Shown one piece after another: positions 1-12,100 of a stretch of 64,000 nucleotides of DNA. Positions within the stretch are counted from its first letter, which is position 1, and every line of letters begins with the position of its first letter. Under the pieces are notes generated by a model that saw nothing but the letters and a program-made list of their open reading frames with translations, searched no databases and had not been told where the DNA came from. This stretch comes from Raillietiella orientalis (taxonomy: Eukaryota), in the NCBI GenBank assembly GCA_036172245.1, contig JAYWIR010000020.1, forward strand, positions 1,054,001 to 1,118,000, given 5' to 3'. The position numbers and the translations under genes are program-made.

Positions 1-1037
1 CAGATCTTTTGATGATATCTGTCTTTGTATTCCTTGAAAATAGAAATCCAGTCGAAGGAGATGAAATTCCATTTGCAATCTGCAGTCTTTATTCCCTTTC
101 CCTAAGCCTTTTTCATGAATGCCCTTTTCCATAACTTTTCCCTTAAATACCCTGAAACGGATTTTATTTATGCTGGAATTGCCTTTTTTGTATCTTAATA
201 TTTATATTCTAGTGGTCACATTCGAGCGCCGCTTCTTAAAAAATCGCATCTTGTATTGCAGAGTGATTTTTCCTTACTTCAGCAAAAGGGAAATGACCAA
301 ATGGGTAATGGGAAAAGGTCTTTTTCCCACCTGAAGGCATACGTGCACAAAACTCCCTATCCACTCATCAACGGCGTCTAGATATACGAAACGGAACTCT
401 GAACCACTCGTGCTGATGTTTCATCCTCAGTCTTGTTCAGAAAAAGCTCCATATGCGGTTGATGCTGCGAATTTTCCCTCCAGACTCCGAGAAAAGCATA
501 AACAGAGGAAAGAACTAACTAGTCGGTCTCTCGGGCACGCGGAAGTACCAATCTTACCAAAGTCAATACGAGCAGGTTCTTACATGGAACACCACTGGTC
601 ATGACTGACATCACCCTTCCTTGTTTTTGTTGCCACAGAACCTGCGCTTTCTGAAAGATCAGAAAAGATTGAAATCGGAAGGTTTCATCGAAACAATTTT
701 AAATTATGGTAAAGAATCAGTCGGAAGGCCGGAAAGGGCTGACGCATGCATTTTGCAGAATCAAAGAGATTTTGCCGATATCCCACTTTACGCTTATTGG
801 GTTTGCAAGAATGCACGAAAAATACAGCTTACCAGTAAGCTACGGGTCAGCATAATGACCGAGGCTAAACAGGATGTAGGTGAACGCATTAATACGTATA
901 TACAGTTGTATTTGCTTGCGGTATCCCCGAATTTCTCTAAGAGCAGCACCTGCAGAAATGCCTTTTTAATGCCTGCAAATACACAGTGCTGGAGGGAATG
1001 AGGAGACGCACAAACGCCGGTGTGCATATGAGAACAC

Positions 1038-1650
1038 GTTTCCCCAAGTCCCACAAGGGGTGGGGTAAATTTATTTTCTCATTCATACTACAATTTCATG
1101 GTGTTCACTTGAAGTCTGCTCCTTTGGGTCTCTGAAGAGTTCACTGCACTTAATTATCTGGGAGTCGTTTGAGCCTAGGTGCTTCCTCCAATCCTTCTCA
1201 GGATGTGTTGGTAGTCCCAGGCCTGCACTCGTCCGCAGTTTCTGATGCCGATCTCCCTCTGGATGAGCCCTTTCAGGATGTCCAGGGGAGATATGGTGGC
1301 CCTCGTGGTCCTCATCTTCCACCACCGCATAATAATGGTGGTGATGAAAAGGGCGATGGTCACTCTTACCATGGGGTTATAGCAGGGAACCGGAAATTGG
1401 AAATTAGGGGCAGAGAGAGCACAGATATGCCTAAGTCCCCTGTCACGGAAGTTTGCATGAATCGTGAAACTCTGGCTCCCGTGGATCGTGGAGCCAGAGT
1501 TTGAACCATCTGAGAACCATTCAATGAAAGATGCCGATGTGGACAACCAGTATCTGGAGAGCTTGATACAATCTCTAGTAGTCTGGTGTCTGACTAGATT
1601 GTCGACGACAGGAACAAGGAGCAGAGACTGCATAATTGTGTACACTAGAT
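1038..1650 (-). mobile_element. 3' fragment of an L1/Tx1-like non-LTR retrotransposon (ORF2 C-terminus and 3'UTR)
   Basis: Peptide PMVRVTIALFITTII...LDILKGLIQREIGIRNCGRVQAW matches the C-terminus of the 43310-45025 element (PHVRVIIVFCIQRIL...NILMDLFLLKQDIGIRRWGRVPSW). It ends with AATAAA and a G/C hairpin. Confidence 0.6.
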
Positions 1651-2595
1651 TCGCAATCTAGTACTGAGCCACATCAGTAACACAAGCTAAACAGAATCAA
1701 AGACTTGAAAGGTCAAAAACTGCATCATAAGGTATATGAACTACTTGTACAAGATGGGATTAATCTACGTGATCGTTCATACACGTAGCATCGATATCAG
1801 CAACAGCCAACCACGCATGACCCGTGCCAACTAGCTAATCAAGTGTAGGCTGCTGCCACGTAAACATAGCTTGGACTGAGAGTCGCATATGTTCTTTCCA
1901 GTCTGGACCGAATTCTTAAATCTCGCTTCTCATTTCTTGCTACTTTCATTGCATGTTCCCAAATCCCTAACCAAGCTGATCAGATGGATTCAATCCTAGT
2001 CAGAAACTCCGAAGAACTTTCGGATGTTCATCGTACCGCTCCGAGTGGTACAGAAAAAAGAATGGAGTCCCCAGTGTAAGAAGTTCCTCTAACTTCGCTG
2101 ACGAGTCGTGACTAAGGAATAAGAGCTGCAGAACTGAAGACACTGGTTAGGTGAAGTTCAGTTCAAGGAGCTTCAAACACAACACCACGGTTGCGTGGTG
2201 CCACGTCTCTCAGACTGGAGAAGACATTCAAACGCTGTTGTCCTTCTCCTTCCTTCTATATACCTGAGACCGAGGCAAAAGGAGATAAATGAATTTCCTT
2301 TCGACTTTCTCGAGATAAATCTTCGCCCCCCATCTGAAAGTAATTCATTTGGAGATGTTTGTTTTCCTGAAACTTTCTGAGTATTTCCTGTGGGAAATTT
2401 CTTTTCCTCTTCACTGTTAAAAAACATGAAACGTGGTTGTGTTCTCTTTGAAGATGCGAATGTTTCCGTAAAAACCGGCTTGATATGTGTTTTTTAAGTG
2501 TTTGGATCTTAGGTCCAGGGGGAGGGGAAGGAGGAGGGAAGGGAAAAAAAGAAGGAACATGGGTACGCGTTTTTCATTCTTTCTTTTGCTTACAG

Positions 2596-2816
2596 GACTC
2601 TCACGTGTACGCATACACTAACAACGTCACGGTGGTCGTCATCCACTATTGCCTGGACAAGGAGAACGACAACGCTCTAGCGTTTGCCATTTACCAGTTC
2701 ATCATCCTGTTTGCATCCCCAGCCACGATGCTCATCATATGCTACATCTTCGTTATCCGGACTCTTTGGCTAAGCAACCGGGACATCAAGATCATGACGA
2801 ACCAGCCCAATGACAA
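2596..2816 (+). CDS. Class A (rhodopsin-like) neuropeptide-type GPCR, exon encoding ECL2-TM5-start of ICL3
   Basis: Acceptor ttcttttgcttacag|GAC and donor AA|gtgagt. Translation DSHVYAYTNNVTVVVIHYCLDKENDNALAFAIYQFIILFASPATMLIICYIFVIRTLW has the ECL2 Cys and a TM5 F-x-x-P...CY pattern. I found no upstream exons in the window. Confidence 0.88.
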
Positions 2817-2987
2817 GTGAGTATCTTTGTCATTGCCTTGATGAGGCTCCTGGGCGGTTTCCCTCGAGAGGATTCGGAGTAGCTGAAGGAGAGGAGAAAC
2901 ATCAGCTTCTTCCTGCTAAAAGAGCTTTTGTTGCACCAGCCCGCCATTCCCTGTTTCGTGGACCTCTTCATATTCTCCTCTCTTCAG

Positions 2988-3138
2988 CTTTTTAGATGGT
3001 TCCGGAAAGCAGCTCAGCGGCGAGCAAGGGAGCAGTCACTTTAAGAAAGAGTCCAAGGATGCCAGCGAGCATGTCTGCCTCCGCCTCAAGCAGCGTTCCT
3101 GCCTGAAGACGGTGGACGTTCGCAAGGGCAGAAAACAG
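2988..3138 (+). CDS. Same GPCR, ICL3 exon (absent from the ORF track)
   Basis: Acceptor ctcctctcttcag|C and donor CAG|gtactc. Phases fit both neighbouring exons (phase 2 in, phase 0 out). The frame is open, FLDGSGKQ...TVDVRKGRKQ, and joins the next exon to give the typical RKQ|VIKML start of TM6. Confidence 0.85.
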
Positions 3139-5266
3139 GTACTCGTCGCTGGGTCGGCAAGATCCATGCACGATCCTCGTGGAGTTGGGTGATGCTGGAA
3201 AAGAGGTTTCCTCTCCTCGTCAGCATCGTCGAGCTCTCAAGGAACCCTGAGACGCTGTTTCTCCTTCGTCTTTCTCGTTCCCTGCTCCCGTAGCCGAAAA
3301 CCAAAACTCTTGGTTCCTCTATCAATCCAGCTCTGCGAGAGGTTCATCTTCGCCCTTTGAGAACAAGGGAATTCACAAATTTCTGCGCTTCCGGTAAACT
3401 TCGTCCGACTGCAGGCACGCGCACTCTCGAGGGAATAGCTTGGTCTTATTGGTAACGTGTTCATGTGCCTCGGAACTCACTGAAAAACCGCCTGGAGAGT
3501 GGGACCAGCTACAGATCGCAGTGGATGGATCAGACAAGCTGGAAAGTGGGTGTACGAAAACAGTTTTGTGGCCGGCATCTGAGGTGCAGAACACCATCCA
3601 CTTCTCGCGACTTTCCTCTCGTGTGCATGAACATGCAAGTTGCTGCTTGCTCGTGCGAGTTTCGGCTGGTTCATGCCTTGCTGTGGTCTTCATCATCAGC
3701 AGGATCAGCAACAAGGAAGCAAACTTTACTGAGAACATTCTTGGAATGCTTCCAGTATTGCCAGTTTCATTTTACAAGAATTGTTCAGAGAAGATAATGT
3801 AGAGGTCCCCTTCAGAAACATAATATATCACGAATTGAGGAGAAATGTTTATCAGGCTGCAACTGCTGCTGCTCTGTCATGCTATCTCAAGCACTTGTGG
3901 TGCAGTGAGTTTGCCCTCAGAAATACTAAGGTGTCGACCTAGTTGCGCCTGGTTCCTTTCCGAAACTTCGCATGGACACTTTTTTCCAGGACTCTCCACT
4001 TTTCACTCCGCAAGCTCATTTGATAGAATGGAGGCGATTTCTGGAATGAGGACGCTGTTCATGCTTGGAGATCGAATCCACGCATTTCGACCGGAAGCCT
4101 TCTACTTCTTCGGAGGGATCCATTTTGAAGCGAAAATGTACAGAGCAGAGGAACACTTGCATAGTTGGACATTCCTAGGCTCTTCCGACAAACCTGACGA
4201 AGCATGGTGCCCCACCGTTTGGTGCACTGCCCATGAAGAATAGGTAGTTCGTCTTGCAACCTATGACTCGTCGAGTGATTGAGAAAACTTGTGTACACCC
4301 ACGTGTTTGTACCTGTACACGTCTTGAGGAAAGTATGTCACCAATGCTGCAATATCGCAACGAAAGATTCTGGAGAAGTAGACTGAACCTCACGCTTCAC
4401 TCTTGTGCTAAGCTGATCATTTTTTGATCGGCTGAGTTGTTATGAGATGGTAACTGACGGGATGGGCAAGCAGTCAGAAGGATTTCACGGATGTTGAGCT
4501 TGTTAGACGACCGAAACGAAACATGCCAGCCTTCTATCGGAGCAATAGCTGAACATTATGATATATTTACTTTCCTCCTGTTTCTAGGACCAGGAGCCGC
4601 CGTTCGATGACAGGAGGTCAGCTCGTCATGCAAGCCTCACCACGTGGTAGTTCGAAGTGTATGGAGCTTCTACTAATAAATTCTGTAGTGCTCAAATCGA
4701 CACTTAGACTTTCTCTTGCATCTTTACTTGACAACCGTTCATCCTTAAGGCAAGATAACTTATGAAGTCACTCATTTCAAAAAGACTTTTTACGAAGGAA
4801 GGAGTATGCCTGAAGCTAAAATAAATGTCACAGCAAGAAGCAATTTTCAGCTGAATGGTCCTTTTGCTGAAAAAACAAATTTTTATGTCATGAATTGCGT
4901 TAAAGAATTGCGTCTTGCTTCAAGAGAAGGCTGATCTGTGTTCCTGAAGGCGAAAAGATGGTAATCGGTCTTTGAAGGAGGAAATTAAGAAGAGCTAAGT
5001 GTCTCTCAGCCTCTCAGCAATTCCCCGTGTATTACTTGAGAGCAAATTGGTGATGCAGTCCGCATAGCTTCAAGTTCATCAAGTATGTCGTTGCAAGAAT
5101 TGGGTTTCCAAAAATTCCAAGCGCTAATTTTGAGCTAATTTAGAGAGAGGGTAGCGTGACCGAGCTAGACACAAAATTACAAGTTACATTTAGGAAACCT
5201 TTTGGGAAGAGAAACCGAGGGAACAGGGAACAACATCTCTCTCAAACAAATTTTTCTTTTCAACTT

Positions 5267-5900
5267 CCATGCTGGAAAAGAACAGATTTACTGTCATCTT
5301 ACTGCCTCCTGGAAACAAACCGAAAAGACGCAAGCATCTCGAAATCTGGGAGCAAATAATCAGCAGCACTTACACGGATTGCGCTCCTTGCCCTGATCAC
5401 CAAGGAGGAGTTGCATATACGCGAATCATTTATGCAATCATTCGAAAGTAATAAACATTGCGAATGAAAACGGAGATGAGTCGGAAGGGAGCCATTAAAA
5501 ATGCTTCCTGAGATGTGAGCAAATAGCAAAGTGGAAAATCAGCATCTCTGTATCATACTGTGCTTCCACGACTACTGAAATGCAACAGGGCTCTTTGGAT
5601 AAATCTGTAAAGAAAAGATAACTCCCTAAGTACTGAACCATTCTTCTGGAGATGGGAAGTGAATACGAAATCAGTATTCAGAGCAACCTGAATGAATGCC
5701 TCCCTTTCTTTCAAGCTGGTACACTTCCGTACAGAGTCAAGGATTTGTTCGAAGAAAAGGATCAAAAAAGAGGAAACAAATGCGGGAGCGGTCATCTCAT
5801 TGGTCATAGGTAGAGATCATTTTTTCAGAAGCTGGTGGAATTCAGCTCCTGGGAGCTTGAAGACTGGAGCACAAAAATTGCTGTGCTCTGATGATAGATG
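5267..5900 (-). mobile_element. Degenerate L1-like reverse transcriptase remnant in the GPCR intron
   Basis: Decayed motifs LPGAEFHQ (like PGPDGLPAEFY) and ILDSVR...AFIQVALNTDF...VLRELSFLYRFI. 5267-5388 is homologous at DNA level to 8541-8601 plus 9094-9157, i.e. an internally deleted copy. Confidence 0.5.
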
Positions 5901-6904
5901 GCAACGAAGCGGTTCACGAAGGATGCCAATGAGACTATCCTGCACAAATCCCAGCGCTCTATTCTTTTGTGCTTTTTTCCCTCTAGAAAATCACAATTCC
6001 ATACAATCTTCGCGAAGAACTTAAATACATTCTACTTCCCTTTGCTGGGACTGACTGAGAAGATCTCGTAATAATCATAACCGCCAAGTTGGAATGTGAG
6101 CCAAAAAAAGGAAATATCCAAAATGAAACTGTTCTCGACGAGCAAACCTGCAAAGCTCAGAATCAGTGATTACGGAAGCCTTGTGTCAAATTGCTGTTCA
6201 CTAAGTCAATAGGCATGTTTGGATGTGCAGATGGCTCGCTACTAATTCCTGGGAATTTGCCTTTGGTTTCCACCATTTTGTTTCACGAACAAGGTGTTTC
6301 TACAGAGGGCATTTGTATTGACTTCTCTGTGTTCGTCATGCTGTGAGAATTGGGACGCAGGAAAGAAGCAGCTGATCCTTGTGGTAGCTCAGAATTACGA
6401 ACTAATAAACCGAGATGCGTGGGCGTGAAATCTAAAGGATGGCCAGATCCTTCACAGGATTTTTCACCAGAATGTCAGCAGCCTTCAGAACTGTAATGCG
6501 TTTCAGATTTGTTGTGACATCTTCGTGTTTATCTAGGCATCAGGACTTGAAGTAAATGATTCATGGTCTACAACATGACAGTGGAAACACAAAAACAAAA
6601 CCAAAAAAATGGAAAATTTCAAATTCGACCAGTTTCAATAATTCTAGTTCTAAAAACGCGTAAGTTTCAAACACTGATGTGAAATGTATAAAGTGGTGGT
6701 CATCAATTCACAAACGCTCGTCCTTTGGGCATCTCCTGTCGAACCAATTCCTAATAATTTTGAAAAGAAGTTCAAGCATGTTTCGTAAAGAAGCCTTTAC
6801 AAAACATGCTCGGATCTAAATCGAATCCCTTCCCGCGATTCATCGATATTTATTTCTAAAGTCTGTATTTCTCTTAATATGACAATTGCTTTTGTTTGTT
6901 CCAG

Positions 6905-7264
6905 GTCATTAAGATGCTTATCCTTATAATCGTATTATTTCTTGTGTGCTGGGGTCCCTGCCTAATCATGGAAATCTGCATGAAGATAGGCCTTAAAAAC
7001 TACACCCCCAGTGTGTACCAAGCACGTGTGGCCTTCTTCCTACTTCCATTTGTCCATTCTTGCATTAACCCATTTATTTATTCATCAATGTCGAAAAGTT
7101 TTCGCAGCGCTATGAAAAAACAGTGTATCCAAGGATGTGGAGTCACTCAAAGCAGCATGCGAAGACAGAGTAATACATCCTATAGGCAGGGAACATGTAG
7201 GACTATGCTTGATTCCTTATCTTTTAGAAGCATCTCTCCGATACAAAATGATACACAGATTTAA
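6905..7264 (+). CDS. Same GPCR, terminal exon: TM6, TM7, helix 8 and C-tail
   Basis: Acceptor tttgtttgttccag|GTC. Translation contains VIKMLILIIVLFLVCWGP (CWxP) and HSCINPFIYSSMSKSFR (NPxxY plus helix 8), a Ser/Thr-rich tail and a TAA stop. Confidence 0.92.
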   Translation, partial: VIKMLILIIVLFLVCWGPCLIMEICMKIGLKNYTPSVYQARVAFFLLPFVHSCINPFIYSSMSKSFRSAMKKQCIQGCGVTQSSMRRQSNTSYRQGTCRTMLDSLSFRSISPIQNDTQI

Positions 7265-8540
7265 CCACATTCCAAGCATGCAAGTGGGATTAAAAAGGAT
7301 GAGTTTCAGAAGTGCAGAGATTTAAAATTCGTATTGCACTATCAATACACTGTGTTCAAATGGAAGTGAAAAATGCACTATGAATTGTCTTTTGTTTGAT
7401 ATAAAATTCAGAGGAATCTACAATAATCCACCCCATGACTTTTAGAATTCTGAGAGATGGGAAAATCATTTTCGCTATCCTAATTAGCTGGATCGTATTT
7501 CGGAGGGATTGGTTGCTGCCTTTATCGAGCACTCCTGTGAATTTTTCCAAGATCTAAGACTCATCAAGGAGAGAATAGCGACTCTCACTTTTCCTCTTAA
7601 GATGACAGCACAGTCGCCCTTGGTTTCCTTCGCTCTGACAGTTTTTGACCACTGCCACAGTGCTGTAAGCACAGGTTCTACTCGTGCTTCACCTCAAGAG
7701 TGCTTTTCGAGTTTGACCTATCGAGACAGGCTCTCATCTTGCTCTTCGACTGCCTTCGTCCTATCTTCTTGCTACTCGTGGCTTCTGACTTTCAGTTAGA
7801 ACGTAGACACAGTGACAAACACGAATCACTTCGACAGAATTGTGAAGTCCATTTTGTGCATAAAAACGGTTCTCCTTCACGTAAAGTGAAGTTATGTTTG
7901 AGCTTGAGCACCAGACCGAAGCATTGATCCTAATCTTTCCAGCCGAACAGTCATCGTTTTTTTTGCGTCATTTTATGACTATTCACTAAAATTCTTCACG
8001 AGAAATGGCAGGTCGTCTTCATCGACGGTTTACTCTCGGAGGAATGCCAGTCGACGTTTCGAATGGTCTTCAGCGCTGGAACGACGTCCAGCACCCGCAG
8101 CCGAGATGAGACTTCAGTAAATGTTACTATTGCGCACTGTCATCAAAGAAACGTGATGTAGTGACTGAATATGATTGCATTAATAAAACAACACACATAA
8201 GCATAGCTGTGAATTTTTGCATTTTGACATCTTAAGGGCTCATACCTTCTTCCCAAGCTCTTCTGAGGGACACACCCAAAAGCTCCAGCAAGTGCTATAA
8301 ATGAGGTGGATTCATACTTAGGAGTAAGTGACTGCACCCCGCCAGGAAAATGTTTGCCTATGTAAAGCGTGTAGATCTTTCCCAGCATGTAAAAGACTCA
8401 CATTGCCACAAATGTGATTTGGTCGTTTTCGCTTCCGAGTTTTGCCCTCCGGGCAGCAATGCTAGCAAGTACTCAAAAGAGAAACCAGTGCTAAAAGTAA
8501 ACATTACACTGATACGCTGCATCCTTGATTCTTGAGCCTC

Positions 8541-9160
8541 CCATGCTGGAAAACAACTGTTTCGCTGCTATCTCACCGTCTTCTGGAAACAAGCTGAAAA
8601 TCCAAGACGTGGATGACCCCTTGTTGGTCTGGACGAGCACGCAAGCCTCCTAGTCGAGCTGCTGACAGAACAAGGCAGCTCAACAAGAAAACTGAAAGGA
8701 ACTTAAAAGGGATGAAATTCATACGTAAGGACAGGAAAGGGTAGGGATATTTGTACCGTTCGCCGTGCAAGGTGACACTCAGATCGTTCCGATTTGTCGA
8801 TTTCAGTGATCAGATTGGTTATGCTTTTGGATCAAAAGACGGAAAATGGAATGGCGGAAGTGAGGAACGAAAACTCGACCGCAGCAATTCGAAGAGCAGT
8901 CGAAATAGATTCGTTTGTTCATTTCTCACGATGAGGTTTTCGCAGTGTTCAGGTCTCTCTTCCGCTAAATTACTGACAAAAATAGTCTTCCTCATGAAGC
9001 TGGCATCTCTAGTGCACTAAGGTGTACAGCGACTGGCGTTTCAGACGTCCGGCTCATCCATAAAGCTGCAAAACCAGCGCGCTCACAAGAAAGAATCGCG
9101 CAAACATCTCGAGATCTCGGGACGGGCAATCAGCAGCAATTCGACGGATTTCCTCCATAA
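8541..9160 (-). mobile_element. Degenerate L1-like RT/thumb remnant, same family as 5267-5388
   Basis: Shares ccatgctggaaaa...ctggaaacaa and catctcga...aatcagcagca...acggatt with 5267-5388. LSAARLGGL resembles the post-RT GGLG motif. Confidence 0.5.
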
Positions 9161-12100
9161 TTTCTGCTCCTGGACTGTGCTTTCAGGATCCTCCCTCGGG
9201 ATTGCAGAATCCAAATTTTACCATCTTTCATGATAAGAATGAGCTCTCTTTCCGATTGCCCTAACCTCAAACCAGCATTAAACCTGAAACGCTGAGTTGC
9301 GGAAAGAACAAGAACTGCGTCGGTTGGTAGCGATTCCGAGTTAAAGGATCTTTTGTTAAAGGATATGGATGAAGCTTTATGGAGTAGGGAGAGAGGGTAT
9401 GTTGGTAGACGTCAGCACATGGATAGGTGTTGAGTACTTCTGGCAAACGATTCCCGCCACGAACCGGAAGAACCCTTCCTGCAGATCACTACCGTGTTTC
9501 ACCACTAGTCATGGCCATGACCTCTTCACAAGAGCCACCGTACTGCTACGAAAATCTCATAGTAGTGTTTGCGTAATATTTCTGTGATAGTGAAGCTGGA
9601 TGACAAATACTCAGATTGTATGAAAACTAGAACAAATTTCAACATAAGCAGTAATATATACCCGTTAGAATCTTGATTGTGAAATATATGACTTATTTTT
9701 ATATTTTGCGATCTGTATAAGTAGCTTTAAAAAATTTACACCAAAGAATATTTTCATATAAGAGTATTGAAAAAACTTTTTCCATGTCTCTTTTTTCTTA
9801 AAGCAAGTTTTGCAGAGAATTCTATTTGATTGGAAGATGAAAACAAAGATGAACTTCAGCTTCCCTTGAGAGTATTCTAAGAGCCATCCTTTGGGAAAAG
9901 TCTGTCATACCTCTTCTCGGGTCATTTGGCCCTGCTTCTCTATAATTTCTCAATTTAATAAGAACTTGAGATTCTCTCTAAGTAATTAAACACTGTCGTC
10001 ATCCATGCTAATTTCCCTTCACTGTCTTTTACTGTTATATCGCACAGTCGTCATCACAATTTCTTGTCCAGATAAATCGCAAACAGATGCAATCCCTCCT
10101 GACGGGAACGTCAAGACTATTTTGAAATGAAATCAGAATCTATCCTTATCACTGGTCTCTCCTCACTGTCTGTCTCTCAAGTTCAGTTCAATTGCCCCAT
10201 CGGATGAGAGGTGTTTTCGGAGACTTCAAAGGAATTTAAGGGATTCGGTTCCAAAGACATTTTGATTACAAATAGGAAAAAGCTTTACACTCCCACAACG
10301 GAACAAAATTGAAAGCAAGATTGAAGCCTTTTAAAACATGTTCAGGGATGTGGACCGTTTTTAAAACAAAAGAATTTCAAAGGCAAGCAATCCAAAGTAA
10401 TGAGGATTAAAGCACAGTGCTAATCTGAATTCTACTTCATCATCAAAAGCAAAATAAACGTGCTTTCCTGAACTCCTGACCACTGTGGCTGTGAGAAATG
10501 CAAGCGGTCTCTGGTTTCGATACCAAGCTATGAAATAAACAACGACTGGACCCGAATGTCCTCATCATGGAATTGATAGCAATAATAAATATTTTGTACA
10601 TGTTCCCATAATGCTGGTACTAATGGGGGAGATGGCATACAGTAGTAAACGCACAATCGCATGCTATCCACTGTGATTAACAATGGAATACTTTGAGAAA
10701 TGCAAAGATGAGAAATCATTAATTGATCTAAAGCAGGGATGGGGAGCAAGTGGCATGCAACTCATTTTTGGGTATCTCTGACGAATTTTGTCAGCTGCTT
10801 CACTACAAGAATGGTTGGACCTCTGAAATAAAAGGGCATCTGGATAACATTAAAGATAAAAAATGAGGAATTTGTATTCAGTGTCGGCAAGCAGCAGTAC
10901 ACTTCTTAAACGGAAATATAGCCCACGGTCACAAAAAAGGATTTTTCGGAAGAAGATGATCCCTGAACGCCAGCAAATCTTGAATAAATGGAGGTGAACC
11001 ACGTTCAGAATGGAGGTAGGTTGTTCAGAATCCCTTTTAATGTACTCCTTACAAACTGAAATAAACTCCATCTTTATCGGCTTCATATCCGGTATGCCAC
11101 TCACCTTGTGGCCAGCATATTAAACTACTTTTTGGAGCTGGATGGGATTCCTGGAGTTTGCTCCTCTTCTGTGGACCTTCGGGATCAGTCTACCGCTCTC
11201 TTTCACGGAAGAGCCTTCACAATCGCCAAAGTCTGACGCGAAAAGAAAAAAAAAATGCTAGGCATTTCGAGGGAAGAGAAAATTCTTTTACAGTTAGCCC
11301 TGTAAGACTCACCTATCTGAACAGCAGCACACAGTCTACGGACCACCACAACAGTTATGCTTCCTGTTGCGGAAATAATGCAGGAGAGCGTTCATCACCA
11401 TGTCATCTGCCCTGCCAGAGATGCAGCTCCCAAAACACACTGTATTATTCAGGAAGTCTGTCGCTTCTCCGCACTGGAGAGTTGAGTTTTCCGGCAGAAC
11501 CAATGATTTCTTTCAAGTCGACGAAAAAACCCAAGCGGATTAGATTTCCGGGACAAAAAATAAGTGGAAAGGATCAATCCTTTTGCAACATTTCAGTTCA
11601 CAAGAATCATCTGATTTATCACTTTTTCACTGAGTGACAGTTAGATGATATTAGGAAGATTACCTGCCACGAACATAATTACCCAATGATGCGCATAGCA
11701 TTTGAATTATGATAAGAATGGAAACAAATCTCTTCTCTCTCTCTCTCTCATCAATTTTCCTGTTCCTTTCTAGAATACTGTGCAATCTAGAAAGGAAGCA
11801 CCGCTTTCGTACAGGCTGAGATCCCAAAGTCAGGCTTACTCACAGCATAGAAATCCGCCGTTGCGAGTGGCCTACCGTGAAAAGCCACAGCCAAAAAAAG
11901 ACAAACCTCTGAATTCCTTAAAGCTTTTATTGCAGAGTGTCATCAAAAAAGCTTAGCCAAGAGATGGTTTGCTGTTGCACGTGAAATAAATGCCAGCTGA
12001 TGAATGTAAAGACTCGGAATGGTTGCCATGGGAAGTTCGCTCCCGTAAAACATACACTCAGGTAGTAGTTTTTGAACTCGCTTGCTGAGAATAAATGATG

